The position numbers and the translations under genes were made by a program. The notes beneath the pieces are model-generated. The model did no database searches. It was not told the origin of the DNA and saw only the letters and a program-made list of their open reading frames with translations. From a virus, in IMG/VR virus record IMGVR_UViG_3300005731_000180, positions 3,663 to 67,662 of that record: 64,000 nucleotides of DNA; one strand, written 5' to 3'. Position 1 is the first letter of the stretch. Every line of letters starts with the position of its first letter. This document shows, one piece after another, positions 8,489-18,550 of this stretch.

Positions 8489-8956
8489 GTGAATCGAGTA
8501 CGAATCGACAAACTCAACCTGGACTCCAAGAAACCGCAAGAATGTAGCTCGAATTTCATCACAGCATTTGTAGACGGAAGCCACTGCCCTAAGACTAAAG
8601 CGTGGGGAGTCGGAATATGGATAAAGCACAACTCTGACAAAGGTGATATAATCTCAGAAGGCGGAAAGGGATTCAAGTCCGCATTTCAGACAGAAAGCTT
8701 CGGACTAAAGCTACTTAAGAAAAGGTTACTAGCGGACTACGACTTGGAAGGGAAGGTAATCATAATCCAATGCGACTGTATCCCTGCCCTAAACAAGTTC
8801 GAATACCAAGACCTGCTAACAATTGGAAAAGCGAAACATGTTAAGCTGAAGCACGTCAAGGCCCATACGTATAACAAAACGAAGAGAAGTTACATAAACG
8901 AACTGGTAGACAAAGTGGCATACCGAGAAATGAATAAGTGGAGGTCTAAGAAGTGA
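8489..8956 (+). CDS. ribonuclease HI-like protein
   Basis: FVDGS, E, IQCDC, LKHVKAH, NELVDKVA RNase H motifs. Confidence 0.85.
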   Translation: MNRVRIDKLNLDSKKPQECSSNFITAFVDGSHCPKTKAWGVGIWIKHNSDKGDIISEGGKGFKSAFQTESFGLKLLKKRLLADYDLEGKVIIIQCDCIPALNKFEYQDLLTIGKAKHVKLKHVKAHTYNKTKRSYINELVDKVAYREMNKWRSKK

Positions 8957-9870
8957 TACTGACTATATTTCCAAAAATCAATAAACATCCCACACCAGAG
9001 GAGAAACCCAAGCTATCCAAATTTGCTTCCAAGCCGCATAACGGTGAGGAGAGACACTTCGACAACGAAGAGCAGTTATTTGATTTGGTGACTTCCTACG
9101 GTTGGTCTCCTTCCGTATTTAAGGGATACCGTAATAACGCTAATTTTAGCTTCTGTGACGTTCTAGCCTTGGACATAGACTCAGGTATGCGTTTACAGGA
9201 TGCAGAGCTTATATGCAAGAATAAAGGCCTCTGTGCCCTTATTTCTCCTAGCCCTTCTTTTACGGAGGAGCTACACAAATTCCGCATAATTTTCCCTTTG
9301 GTGAGACGTATTACCGATCCAGAAGTATTTTCAGCTACTTGGAAAAGATTAGGCGAATATTTCCCAGAAATTGACGAACAGTGTAAGGATATGGCAAGGT
9401 TTTACTTTCCGTGTAAGCCTGACATGGACAATACTGTGTGGATAGACGGTGATTTCTTGGAACCTGTGAAACCTGTTAAAAAAGTAGTTGACTCTCGGGT
9501 AAGAAGGGAGTATAATTTAGTTACCACGGATGGATTAGAGAGCAAGGACGCTCTCACTTTCCTTTACGGAGAGTTGCCAAGTAAGGTGTCTGAAGCGGTA
9601 GTTCACTTTCTGGAAAATGCTCATACAGGTCTGGAAGGTGAGTGGATTAACAGCTTAAACGCATGTTGTTTTACTTTGGCCTCCCAAGGAATCGAGCATG
9701 AGAAAATTTGGCAAGCGGTAGAAGAGGTTGCACCAGAAGCGTTGGACGAGAAGGACGAGTACCAGATTGAGAGAGCTCTACGTGACGGAGACGAAGCGTT
9801 TCAGCTTAAGGAAGAACAAGAAGGAATACAAGGTACCAGAACGGAATTAAACATAAGGAGAAGAAGGTGA
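8953..9870 (+). CDS. AEP/PrimPol-like primase
   Basis: LALDID, SPS...HKFRIIFPL, D..CKD.ARFYFP; helical C-terminal domain. Confidence 0.65.
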   Translation: MILTIFPKINKHPTPEEKPKLSKFASKPHNGEERHFDNEEQLFDLVTSYGWSPSVFKGYRNNANFSFCDVLALDIDSGMRLQDAELICKNKGLCALISPSPSFTEELHKFRIIFPLVRRITDPEVFSATWKRLGEYFPEIDEQCKDMARFYFPCKPDMDNTVWIDGDFLEPVKPVKKVVDSRVRREYNLVTTDGLESKDALTFLYGELPSKVSEAVVHFLENAHTGLEGEWINSLNACCFTLASQGIEHEKIWQAVEEVAPEALDEKDEYQIERALRDGDEAFQLKEEQEGIQGTRTELNIRRRR

Positions 9871-10253
9871 GTGGATTTGTAGTTTATGTAGAACAAGGTG
9901 CTGTAAAACATAAGCAATTTGTGTCTGAAAAGGCGAGAGATTGTTTTGTGAGGGATTTTCTATTAGATAGTCAAAATAATGATGATAGTTTTGTGGAATT
10001 TATCGGCGATGGTACTATAAGTCGTGCTGAAGAATTTTATGGAAAGTCTGAAAAAGAGCAGGAAAAGCGAGAGATAAAAGTTGGAGATATGGTTAGAGTT
10101 ATTGAAGACGAACAGCATTTTTTAAAATCACTCGAAATCGGTAAGGTCGTAAGTGTAGGTGAAAATGTTGTCCGAATTGCTTCTATTAATCCTAGTCATT
10201 GTGATGGGATATGGATGACTAGTCTGACAAATGTGGAGCTTGTAAATGAGTAA
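9867..10253 (+). CDS. hypothetical protein with SH3-like C-terminus
   Basis: IKVGDMVRVI...GKVVSV. Confidence 0.55.
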   Translation: MSGFVVYVEQGAVKHKQFVSEKARDCFVRDFLLDSQNNDDSFVEFIGDGTISRAEEFYGKSEKEQEKREIKVGDMVRVIEDEQHFLKSLEIGKVVSVGENVVRIASINPSHCDGIWMTSLTNVELVNE

Positions 10254-10562
10254 GGTATTTGAATTCCCATCATTCGGTGATGGAGACGACGACTATACAA
10301 TCCAAGATGGTATTACGATCCGTCCAGTAAGCAATGGATATATCCTCGAAGTACAAAATGACGAAGAAGACTTAACTGAAGTCTACCTTGATAAGAAAAA
10401 ACTTATTGACAGATTAAACGAGTTACTGTAAAATGAGCAACGTAATAATAGCGACCCTAGTAACAATATTTATCTTGGTCGTTGGTATACTAATAGCTGA
10501 AGATAATATAGAACTTCCAATTATACTAATCGGTATGATAGTAGGTTTTGGAGTAATAAGGA

Positions 10563-10904
10563 GTGATGGAGATGAGCATTAAATTTCCCCTAAAAATGAC
10601 ACAATTGAAAGAAGGTAAGCTTTACGAGAGAGAAAAGGGTGGATTCGTAATGCTAAAGAGTGATGGGCAGTTTTATTTTGCCAATGACGAAGAGTTTGAC
10701 TTTAACGAAATTACTGACCTAAACTTACTGAACTGCGGTTTCGAACTTAGCGGACTAAAGCCGCCTAAAACGCTACGTGAAATCTTTGTGGACTACACAG
10801 ACGACAATAGAACGCAGCAGAGAGAGAATAACTTCAGAAGGTTACTTGAGAAGTTCGTAGAAGAGATTGAAGTACTAAAGTCTAAGCTAAAGGACATGGA
10901 ATGA
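10563..10904 (+). CDS. hypothetical protein
   Basis: ORF in operon. Confidence 0.55.
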   Translation: MMEMSIKFPLKMTQLKEGKLYEREKGGFVMLKSDGQFYFANDEEFDFNEITDLNLLNCGFELSGLKPPKTLREIFVDYTDDNRTQQRENNFRRLLEKFVEEIEVLKSKLKDME

Positions 10905-11401
10905 TTAGAGTAACTTGTCCGCATTGTGACATTGAGTACGGAATTAGTCCAGAAAGAGAAGTGGAACATGACGACTACTTCGCAATGACGTGTATCAGTT
11001 GTGAGGGTGACTTCCTAGTAAACGGACTCGGAGAAGCTAAGGCCCTTACACCAGACGAAATGGAAGCAGTTCTAAATGAGTTCGATAGACAGGAAGAAGA
11101 GGGATACTTTCCAACACCTTCACTAGTTGCCGAGACTAAGATGAACGGTACAGAGGTGGACTCTTTGCTGAGTATCTACAGCCTTACGGATAACTTGGAA
11201 GGTCTGGATGACGAATCGCTAGTGGACGAAATTGACGAGATTATGAGATTATTCGTGAAGGAATTGGACTACCAGTACAATACCGAGTATGCAGAGTGTA
11301 TCCGCATGTTTAATGTATCACGAAAGCTGAATAAGTCGGATCGTAAGCTATTAGAGAACTGTTACAAGCTTACGTACGGTGTTGGGTGTGGAAGGATTTA
11401 G
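10901..11401 (+). CDS. zinc-ribbon protein
   Basis: N-terminal CPHC...CISC. Confidence 0.6.
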   Translation: MIRVTCPHCDIEYGISPEREVEHDDYFAMTCISCEGDFLVNGLGEAKALTPDEMEAVLNEFDRQEEEGYFPTPSLVAETKMNGTEVDSLLSIYSLTDNLEGLDDESLVDEIDEIMRLFVKELDYQYNTEYAECIRMFNVSRKLNKSDRKLLENCYKLTYGVGCGRI

Positions 11402-11564
11402 GTATGACAAAAGAAGAGTTGGCAGATATTATTGAGGACATTGTTTGGGACACTTACGACTATGATCTTGTTTCTGGACATTCTATTAGTGGTGAAACTA
11501 TTATTGAGGAGTTGGAGAAGTTAGGGTTCCATTTTACAAATTATTTTCCAGAGGAGAAAGAAGA

Positions 11565-11792
11565 ATGATATATCCTACAGAAACTATAAAGAGTTGGTCA
11601 AAAAAGTACGAAATTAATCCAATAGAAGATGAATGTCCGAAGTGTGGAATTAAAAGAGTTGCAAATATCCCATTTGCTGATGGTGTTTTAAGAGGGTTTA
11701 TTTCTGAAGTACATGAATGTGGAGAGCGTTACACATTGGTGACTTTTGTTGATACTACTAACCAACTAGTGGATTTATTTAGAAATGGATAA
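11565..11792 (+). CDS. small zinc-binding protein
   Basis: CPKC...HEC. Confidence 0.55.
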   Translation: MIYPTETIKSWSKKYEINPIEDECPKCGIKRVANIPFADGVLRGFISEVHECGERYTLVTFVDTTNQLVDLFRNG

Positions 11793-11981
11793 CCTTCCAA
11801 TCCCGATATTCAGCAACCTGCTGATATACAAGAGTTATCAAGGCTTTTCTGTAGAGCTTTGTTTAACTGAGCCGTATTGTCCAAATGGAGAGGTTCCACT
11901 CGTTTTTGTAATGTGTGGGTTTATCGAGTTTATTGTGGAGAGTAAGTGGCTTTATAGGAAGATTTACGAAAGGAGATTTAG

Positions 11982-12272
11982 ATGCTAACAATTATTTTAC
12001 TAGGGTTATTAAGTTTTATCACCGCATTAATTGCAGATAGTTCGAAAGAAGATGGAGCTTTTGGACTATTTTTTGGTTTATTGATAGGCTTATTGGTTTC
12101 TTCTATTGGTTTTAATTTTGATTACACAAAAGCGTCTACTTTTAGAAACGCAGAGAGTGTATGCGTTAAGTCAGGTTCTAAGCTGAAATTAATTCAACAT
12201 GATGGAGACTTTAAGTGCGTCAATGGTGCAGAGTTCGATAGGGATGTATTAAAGGAAGTCAAGGGTGAGTAA
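11982..12272 (+). CDS. 2-TM membrane protein, paralog of 3974..4252
   Basis: Shared FN.D...C...HDGDFKCVNGAEFD. Confidence 0.7.
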   Translation: MLTIILLGLLSFITALIADSSKEDGAFGLFFGLLIGLLVSSIGFNFDYTKASTFRNAESVCVKSGSKLKLIQHDGDFKCVNGAEFDRDVLKEVKGE

Positions 12273-12280
12273 GGTTACGC

Positions 12281-12309
12281 TTGACGACATTAAGAGGATG
12301 TACTATAAT
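12281..12309 (+). promoter_or_regulatory. sigma70-type promoter upstream of DNA polymerase
   Basis: TTGACG-N17-TATAAT. Confidence 0.75.
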
Positions 12310-12392
12310 GGGGATGATCCAATTAGGTTGTTCAGGTTACAGACCAGGTACTTGAAGTTCGGCGAGTTTATAGGATTTTTGGAGGGGTAGGT

Positions 12393-14735
12393 TTGATTAG
12401 AATGAGGTCAAATTCAGTAGTAGCTAAAGACTATAAGACAGTAAACTCTTTAGAACTATTTGAAGAGTTACTAGAACATATAGATAAGTACGACTATCAC
12501 GCTTTCGATGTGGAAACAACAGGACTAGATGTTCACGAAGATATCGTGATAGGTTACGGAATTTGCGGTAAAGCAGGACAAGCTTATTATGTTCCTATTT
12601 ACTGGTGGGATGTTTTAGAACAAGAATTAAAGAAATTCGATTGGGAATTTGACACCACATTACCACTTAGAAAATTGAAGGACATTCTTACTTGGAATGG
12701 TAGTTACGATATTCAAATCACAAAGAACGACTTAGGTATCGACTTATTAAATAACTTAGCATCAGAAGTAATGCTAATGAAGCACACTCTTCAGGAAGAA
12801 GGGCCATTCAAGCTAAAAGAGTCGGCAATAGAAGAACAGCACAATCTTGGACTAGACGTAGAAAAAGCGGCTAACGAGGAACAACTTATTCTTAAAGAGA
12901 ATATTGAAAAGAATGGTGGAAAGGCTACTAAAACTAACTATGAACTGTATAAAGCGGATATGCCAATAATAGCTACCTATTGTTGTGCTGACGTTGACTT
13001 AACTTTTAGGCTACACGAGCTCTATTACGACCGACTAGAAGAAGAAGGACTTTGGGAATTCTTCTATATAGACGAAGTGATGCCTCTGTATAAAGAAGTG
13101 ACTATTCCGATGGAAGCCATAGGAGTGCGTCTTGATCTTCCATTAATTGAAAAAGTGGACAAAGAGATACAAGTTGATATTGCCAAATATAAAGAAACAG
13201 TCATTGAAGGTCTTAAGAAGTCCGACGGTTTCGACGATTGGGTGGAATCATTCGCTGCTAAAAAATTCCCAGTAAAAAAGGGCGGCTCTTTTGGAAACAA
13301 ACTAGCAGAAGTGTTAGGTTTACCTTTTCCAAAGTCTGAGAAAACTGGAAAGTATTCTATTACTAAGAAGACTAAAGAGCTTATAAAAGAATCCCATCCT
13401 GATATTTACGCATTTTACGAAACAGAGAAAGGTAAAGAACCAGAGCTAAGTAAAGAACTTACTAAGAAGGTTCAGAGAGAGTTACTATCAGAACTGACAG
13501 AAGGTAACTTAATTTCGATAAACAGTAAACAGCAGATGGCAGATTTGGTATTCGGATACTTAGGGGTAAAGCCTATTGGAAAGAAAGGCAAGTCTGGTCA
13601 CTACAGTTTTACTGAAAGTACGACAGACGAGATCGCAGACAAGTACGGTTTCGATTGGGCCAAGGATTTGCAGATTTACAATAAGCTTGCTATTAAGATT
13701 AAGCCTACATATATCGACAGGTTCTACCAAAATCATAAAGACGGGTACTTTTACTTTAATTATAAGCAACATGGAACGATATCTGGACGTTATGGGTCAG
13801 ATGCTCAACAAATCCCAAGACCGATGGAAGAAGGTGAGGCTCCTGAGATTATCATAAAGTATGTTAACCAATTAAGGAAGTTTTTCATTGCCAGAGAAGG
13901 ACATGTGTTCATAGACGATGATTATGAGTCGCTAGAGCCGCATGTGTTCGCTCACGTATCTACAGACGAGAGGCTTAGGGATATTTTTAGAAAGGGTCAC
14001 GACTTCTATTCTTCTATTGCTATTCCAACAGAAGGTTTAACTGGAGTTAGTGCTGATAAAAAGGCTGACAATTACTTAGGAAAGGTTGATAAAACTAAAA
14101 GACAGGCAGCCAAGAAGTATGCCCTGGGTATCGTTTATGGATTAGGAGATTATGCTTTATCAAAAGATTTAGAAATTTCGCAAGAAGAGGCTCAAGAAAA
14201 GATAGATAATTACTTAAACGGATTTCCAGACCTAGCTAAGTGGATGAAAGATTCTGAAAGGATGGCAAAAACTTTGGGATATGTTAAGACTCAAACAGGT
14301 AGAATTCGACACTTACCAAAAGTTAAAGAACTATATGAAAGGCACGGAGATAAACTTCTTGACTATAAATACAGGAATAAGCTAATACATCAGAAAAAAG
14401 CTACGTTAGGGAAGGAAGAGGCTAATAAACTTGTTACTGGGTGGTATTTAGACTATAAGAATGGACTAAATAATGCCAAAAATGTGCAGATTCAAGGATT
14501 AGCTGGTTCTATAGTGAATAGAGCTATGATCGCTGTTGTTCGAGAGTTTAAAAAAAGAGGTATAAAAGGAGTTCCAATAGCTCAGGTACACGATCAAGCT
14601 ATTTTTGAAGTTCCAGAAGAAGTTAAAGAGTTGTCTATGGAAATTGTACAAGATAAAATGGAAAACATCACCAAACTTAGCGTAGACTTGAAGGCTATTC
14701 CTGAGTTAGCGAATAATTGGGCAGACGGACATTAA
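12393..14735 (+). CDS. polA: family A DNA polymerase with 3'-5' exonuclease
   Basis: ExoI FDVETTG, ExoII WNGSYD, ExoIII YCCAD; TISGRY; motif A DYESLE, B RQAAKKYALGIVYG, C QVHDQ. Confidence 0.95.
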   Translation: MIRMRSNSVVAKDYKTVNSLELFEELLEHIDKYDYHAFDVETTGLDVHEDIVIGYGICGKAGQAYYVPIYWWDVLEQELKKFDWEFDTTLPLRKLKDILTWNGSYDIQITKNDLGIDLLNNLASEVMLMKHTLQEEGPFKLKESAIEEQHNLGLDVEKAANEEQLILKENIEKNGGKATKTNYELYKADMPIIATYCCADVDLTFRLHELYYDRLEEEGLWEFFYIDEVMPLYKEVTIPMEAIGVRLDLPLIEKVDKEIQVDIAKYKETVIEGLKKSDGFDDWVESFAAKKFPVKKGGSFGNKLAEVLGLPFPKSEKTGKYSITKKTKELIKESHPDIYAFYETEKGKEPELSKELTKKVQRELLSELTEGNLISINSKQQMADLVFGYLGVKPIGKKGKSGHYSFTESTTDEIADKYGFDWAKDLQIYNKLAIKIKPTYIDRFYQNHKDGYFYFNYKQHGTISGRYGSDAQQIPRPMEEGEAPEIIIKYVNQLRKFFIAREGHVFIDDDYESLEPHVFAHVSTDERLRDIFRKGHDFYSSIAIPTEGLTGVSADKKADNYLGKVDKTKRQAAKKYALGIVYGLGDYALSKDLEISQEEAQEKIDNYLNGFPDLAKWMKDSERMAKTLGYVKTQTGRIRHLPKVKELYERHGDKLLDYKYRNKLIHQKKATLGKEEANKLVTGWYLDYKNGLNNAKNVQIQGLAGSIVNRAMIAVVREFKKRGIKGVPIAQVHDQAIFEVPEEVKELSMEIVQDKMENITKLSVDLKAIPELANNWADGH

Positions 14736-14736
14736 T

Positions 14737-15219
14737 ATGGATATGAAGACTTGTAAAAAGTGCCATAAAAAACTGCCTGTCACTTCTTTCTACAAAGGAA
14801 GAAGTGGGTGTATAACTTGTAGAAAAGCTTATATGAAAACTTATAGAGAGGAAAATAATTATAATAAACTTTATTATGAAAAGAATAAGGAAAAAGATAA
14901 GAAAAGATGTTTAGAAAATTATTATAAAAACAAAGATGATCCAAGTAAAAAACTAAAGTGGAGAGAAAGTCAACTAAAGATTAAATATAACTTAACTATA
15001 GATGATTGGAACCTTATGTACGAGGAGCAGGATTATTTATGTGCTATCTGTAAAACAGACGAACCAAAAGGAAACGGATTGTTTCATGTAGATCACTGCC
15101 ACTCCTCTGGAAAAGTGAGAGGATTATTATGTCATCATTGTAATGTAGCTTTAGGGTCTTTTAAGGATGATATTGAAGTATTAGAACGAGCTATACGTTA
15201 TCTGAAAGATAATTCTTGA
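14737..15219 (+). CDS. endonuclease VII-type HNH (putative homing endonuclease)
   Basis: CAIC...HVDHCHSSGKVRGLLCHHCNVALG; AT-rich; abuts polA. Confidence 0.85.
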   Translation: MDMKTCKKCHKKLPVTSFYKGRSGCITCRKAYMKTYREENNYNKLYYEKNKEKDKKRCLENYYKNKDDPSKKLKWRESQLKIKYNLTIDDWNLMYEEQDYLCAICKTDEPKGNGLFHVDHCHSSGKVRGLLCHHCNVALGSFKDDIEVLERAIRYLKDNS

Positions 15220-15244
15220 CACCTCCTCATTTATCAACTATAAT
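15216..15244 (+). promoter_or_regulatory. sigma70-type promoter
   Basis: TTGACA-N17-TATAAT, perfect consensus. Confidence 0.85.
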
Positions 15245-15284
15245 CTAAAGAGTAACAGGGAAATAATTCCCAAGGAGCAGTAAG

Positions 15285-15497
15285 ATGAAAAAATATCGTG
15301 TATTCCTTCCAATTTTTGCAACATCCATAGAAGTAGTAGAAGCTAACTCACCAGAAGAGGCATTAGAGTTAGCTAGTGGTACACCTAGTGTATGTTACCA
15401 CTGTAGCAAAGAAGTGGAACTATCTGAAATTGATTTCGAGACATTGGATAACACTAAACTGGAAGAAATGGTTTTCGAACTAGACGAGGATGAATAA
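15285..15497 (+). CDS. hypothetical protein
   Basis: SD aaggag; VEANSPEEA motif common in small phage proteins. Confidence 0.6.
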   Translation: MKKYRVFLPIFATSIEVVEANSPEEALELASGTPSVCYHCSKEVELSEIDFETLDNTKLEEMVFELDEDE

Positions 15498-15674
15498 TGA
15501 AGCGAAGTGAAACCGTGGGAACCCGAGGAGGAAGCGTGAGAACCGAAGTAAACATCAAACTAACACTGGAAACCCTAGACCACTCGGAATACTGCACCCT
15601 CATGGATATAATCGAGTCAGCATTGGAAACCCAATCAGGAGTTGTAGACGTAGAGGTAAAATCGGAGGAGTACT

Positions 15675-15974
15675 ATGAGTAAGACATTGCTAATAGAATT
15701 GCATAACGGAGAGCTAACAGATACGATATTTGAAGTTGTAGAGCCGCAACATGACGAAGCTCCATGCAAGCTGGTTTACAGTGAGTTAGGAAATTGGACT
15801 AAGAAAGGTTCTGATGCATACAAACTAGAAATAGTAGGTACTACCTACACATTTACTGACTGTTTTACAAAAAAGAAGTTTAAATTAGATATTTGTCAGT
15901 TAGCTGCACTAATTCAACTGGCAAATTTACACTCTAACAACCTGTCAGAATACAAACTATTTAAGGAGCTTTAA
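15675..15974 (+). CDS. hypothetical protein
   Basis: SD ggagga. Confidence 0.55.
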   Translation: MSKTLLIELHNGELTDTIFEVVEPQHDEAPCKLVYSELGNWTKKGSDAYKLEIVGTTYTFTDCFTKKKFKLDICQLAALIQLANLHSNNLSEYKLFKEL

Positions 15975-16172
15975 AATGAGCTGTAAGCCTTGCGGAGAGA
16001 ATCCATGTAACCAACCATGGTGCAGCTTTACAGAGCTCTACGACGTAACCTGCGGCTGCTGTGGACGTGTTAGCATAGTAACATGGAAGGATGCTGTCGA
16101 GAATGGGCCAATTTGCTGCCCAACTGAGGATTATGAGATCGCAGAATCTTCAGTAAATTTAGTGGAGGAAGA

Positions 16173-16508
16173 ATGAGTAGCGATTATGGACTAAAACCAT
16201 GTCCTTTTTGTGGTTGTGACGATGTATTAGATCATTCTAGTTGTTTTTTCGTCACTGTGAAATGTAAATTATGTGGAGCTACTATTAAAGACGGTACGGT
16301 GCCTGTACTTGTAAAAAAAGACAAAATACCTATCGGAATAACAGACGATATGCTATATGAAGCTACAGGTTTTTGTTTACGTTCAGAAAACGGTGATATT
16401 TTAGAGTACCCTAAACATGGGTATGTAGGAATTAATATAAAAAAGTCCTTATATAGGTTCGGTGTTTCTTGTAGATGGAATAGGAGAAGTAATGAAAATA
16501 AAATTTAG
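16173..16508 (+). CDS. Lar-like restriction-alleviation zinc-finger protein
   Basis: LKPCPFCG...VKCKLCGA...WNRR. Confidence 0.65.
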   Translation: MSSDYGLKPCPFCGCDDVLDHSSCFFVTVKCKLCGATIKDGTVPVLVKKDKIPIGITDDMLYEATGFCLRSENGDILEYPKHGYVGINIKKSLYRFGVSCRWNRRSNENKI

Positions 16509-17136
16509 AAGATCATATCCAGATCATACAGAGGTTACGTTAGAAACTGACAATGTAAAACTAGATATTGGGTATTTTGATGAAGAGGAATTATCCACAT
16601 TTCTATCAAATTTACAAATAGTTATTTTAGACGAACTAACTTACAATGATTATAAGTGGTGGATTGATTTAATAAAAGATGAAGTAGAAAGAGCTGATTA
16701 TAGTTTGGTGGAGAGGAAATGAAATTTATATGGAATATAGCATTTATATTTACTATCGGTTTTACTGTTGTGTCACTTATTTATTTAGTAACTATATTAA
16801 TCGGCGGTTTTGAGTTCAATAGAGAATTATATTCAGGTATCTATGTCGCATGTTGTATTGTTTCGATTTCAGCAGGAAATGTAATCACTCAAGTCGATGA
16901 TGAGTATATTGCAAAGGATTTAAAGGATTACTTATTTAAAGGAAAGGAAGAATGACTAAAGAAGAGTTTATAAACGAAGCGTACCGCAGAGCAGATAATG
17001 CAGGTAGGATAGATGATGAATTAGTGATCAGATTCTACTTGGACATGTTCCTTAAAATGGGTATGGCACCTCCCGAGATGGAAGGTAAGTACGTAGACGG
17101 AAGGGTGCAAAAACGAGGATGGGAAGAGGAGCCTTT

Positions 17137-17517
17137 ATGTTAGACTCGATATTCAGAATAGCTAACAAGCTCATTCCAGATAAAAACAAGAAATACGATG
17201 CACTAATCGAAATGTCCAAGTCGGACTCAGAAGCTACTCGTGCAGATGCTGCAATTCTCGTAAAAGAAATGGAAACTGGTAGCGGCTCTTGGAGACCACG
17301 AGTGGCATACTTACTTTGTGCGTATTTCCTCATATTCTCTGGATTGTACTTCCTGGCACCTGCGATAATCGTAATGGGTGACTTGAACATGTACTACCTA
17401 GAACCTACTCCAGACGCAATGTTTTCGCTACTAATCGCTTCTGTAATCCTACTCTCACTGGTAATCGGAAGGGAAATCGTGAAGCTTATACGAGCTTTAA
17501 AGGGTAAGATTCTGTAA
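17137..17517 (+). CDS. putative 3TM (GTA-type) holin
   Basis: KLIPD...E...SWRP followed by TM helices ending ..GRE..K; likely start MLDSI after SD gagga. Confidence 0.55.
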   Translation: MLDSIFRIANKLIPDKNKKYDALIEMSKSDSEATRADAAILVKEMETGSGSWRPRVAYLLCAYFLIFSGLYFLAPAIIVMGDLNMYYLEPTPDAMFSLLIASVILLSLVIGREIVKLIRALKGKIL

Positions 17518-17518
17518 C

Positions 17519-17547
17519 TTGACACGGAAATCGCAACATGGTATAAT
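17519..17547 (+). promoter_or_regulatory. sigma70-type promoter
   Basis: TTGACA-N17-TATAAT with extended -10 TG. Confidence 0.85.
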
Positions 17548-17565
17548 CCACTTGGAGGGAGTAAT

Positions 17566-17739
17566 ATGGACGAAGTAAAGCTAACATTCACAGAATTCGA
17601 CGAACTGAAAGACAAGCTGTTCCAATTAGAGCAGGATAACGCTGAGTTGGAGAAGAAGGACATAGCGGAGAAGTTTATCAATGCTCTGAGATGCGAGGCA
17701 GCATACGAGAATTACAAGAAGAGATTCGAAGATGAATAA
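17566..17739 (+). CDS. 57-aa coiled-coil protein (not in ORF track)
   Basis: SD ggaggga; MDEVKLTFTEFDELKDKLFQLEQDN... Confidence 0.6.
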   Translation: MDEVKLTFTEFDELKDKLFQLEQDNAELEKKDIAEKFINALRCEAAYENYKKRFEDE

Positions 17740-18097
17740 ATCAGAAGCACTACTAAAGCACTACGCTACTATGAATATTGCCAGAGAACTAATGTACAGC
17801 TTTGCCACAAAAGAACACGGAATTTCAGCAGCAGTTGATTTTGAGTACGCAATTCACGTAGCCGAAAAAATGTACGAAATCCAAGAGAAACGACAGCAAG
17901 AAATTATGAAGGAATTCGAAGATGAAAAATAAACATGTAAACCCACCGCTTCACAAGATCGTACTCGGATACATCTCGCTATGCATCCCTGCTGCAATGT
18001 TGGCCAGAGTAGTAAGGTTCCTTACTGGAAGGAAAGGGACACCACTCGAAGTGGGACTGATGGAATACTATTATGACATGGAAAAGAGGTTACTGAA

Positions 18098-18550
18098 ATG
18101 ATTCTAGCTGACACAAGTAACATTATCCAATTGGCACCATTTGTGGACTACCTTTACGAAGTTCTTCCGAATAACTACAACAAGGATCAGGCAAGTGTTT
18201 ACCTAAAAGACGGGACTTGGGAAGTTGTAATCAAAACCGACTGTAAGGATTCCATGTTCCATCGTGGAACGGTTACGGCTACTGCAAGGTTTGACAAGAT
18301 CGAGGATGTAGTCGGTTGTCTCGCTGATAGGTATTTTAATCTCCAACTTTTTGAGATTCACCTCCACCAAGCAACTATCAACAAAGCTCTGGTAGCTAAA
18401 TTGGATTACGAGCGTATAGTAGAAGTTGTTGGAGAGGAAGCGGTATGTCAAGCTGAAGAAGGATGGAATAACTTTGCTAATACTATCGTGAAATATGTGG
18501 ATAAAATCGAGAGGAAAAAGAATATCAAACTCGTGGAGGAAATGAAATGA
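18098..18550 (+). CDS. hypothetical protein
   Basis: SD gaggt; coupled to next gene. Confidence 0.6.
   Translation: MILADTSNIIQLAPFVDYLYEVLPNNYNKDQASVYLKDGTWEVVIKTDCKDSMFHRGTVTATARFDKIEDVVGCLADRYFNLQLFEIHLHQATINKALVAKLDYERIVEVVGEEAVCQAEEGWNNFANTIVKYVDKIERKKNIKLVEEMK

Noticed and set aside
12393-15219. Intron or intein in polA linked to the downstream endonuclease
   Set aside because: PolA has all motifs contiguous and a normal C-terminus (NWADGH); the endonuclease is free-standing
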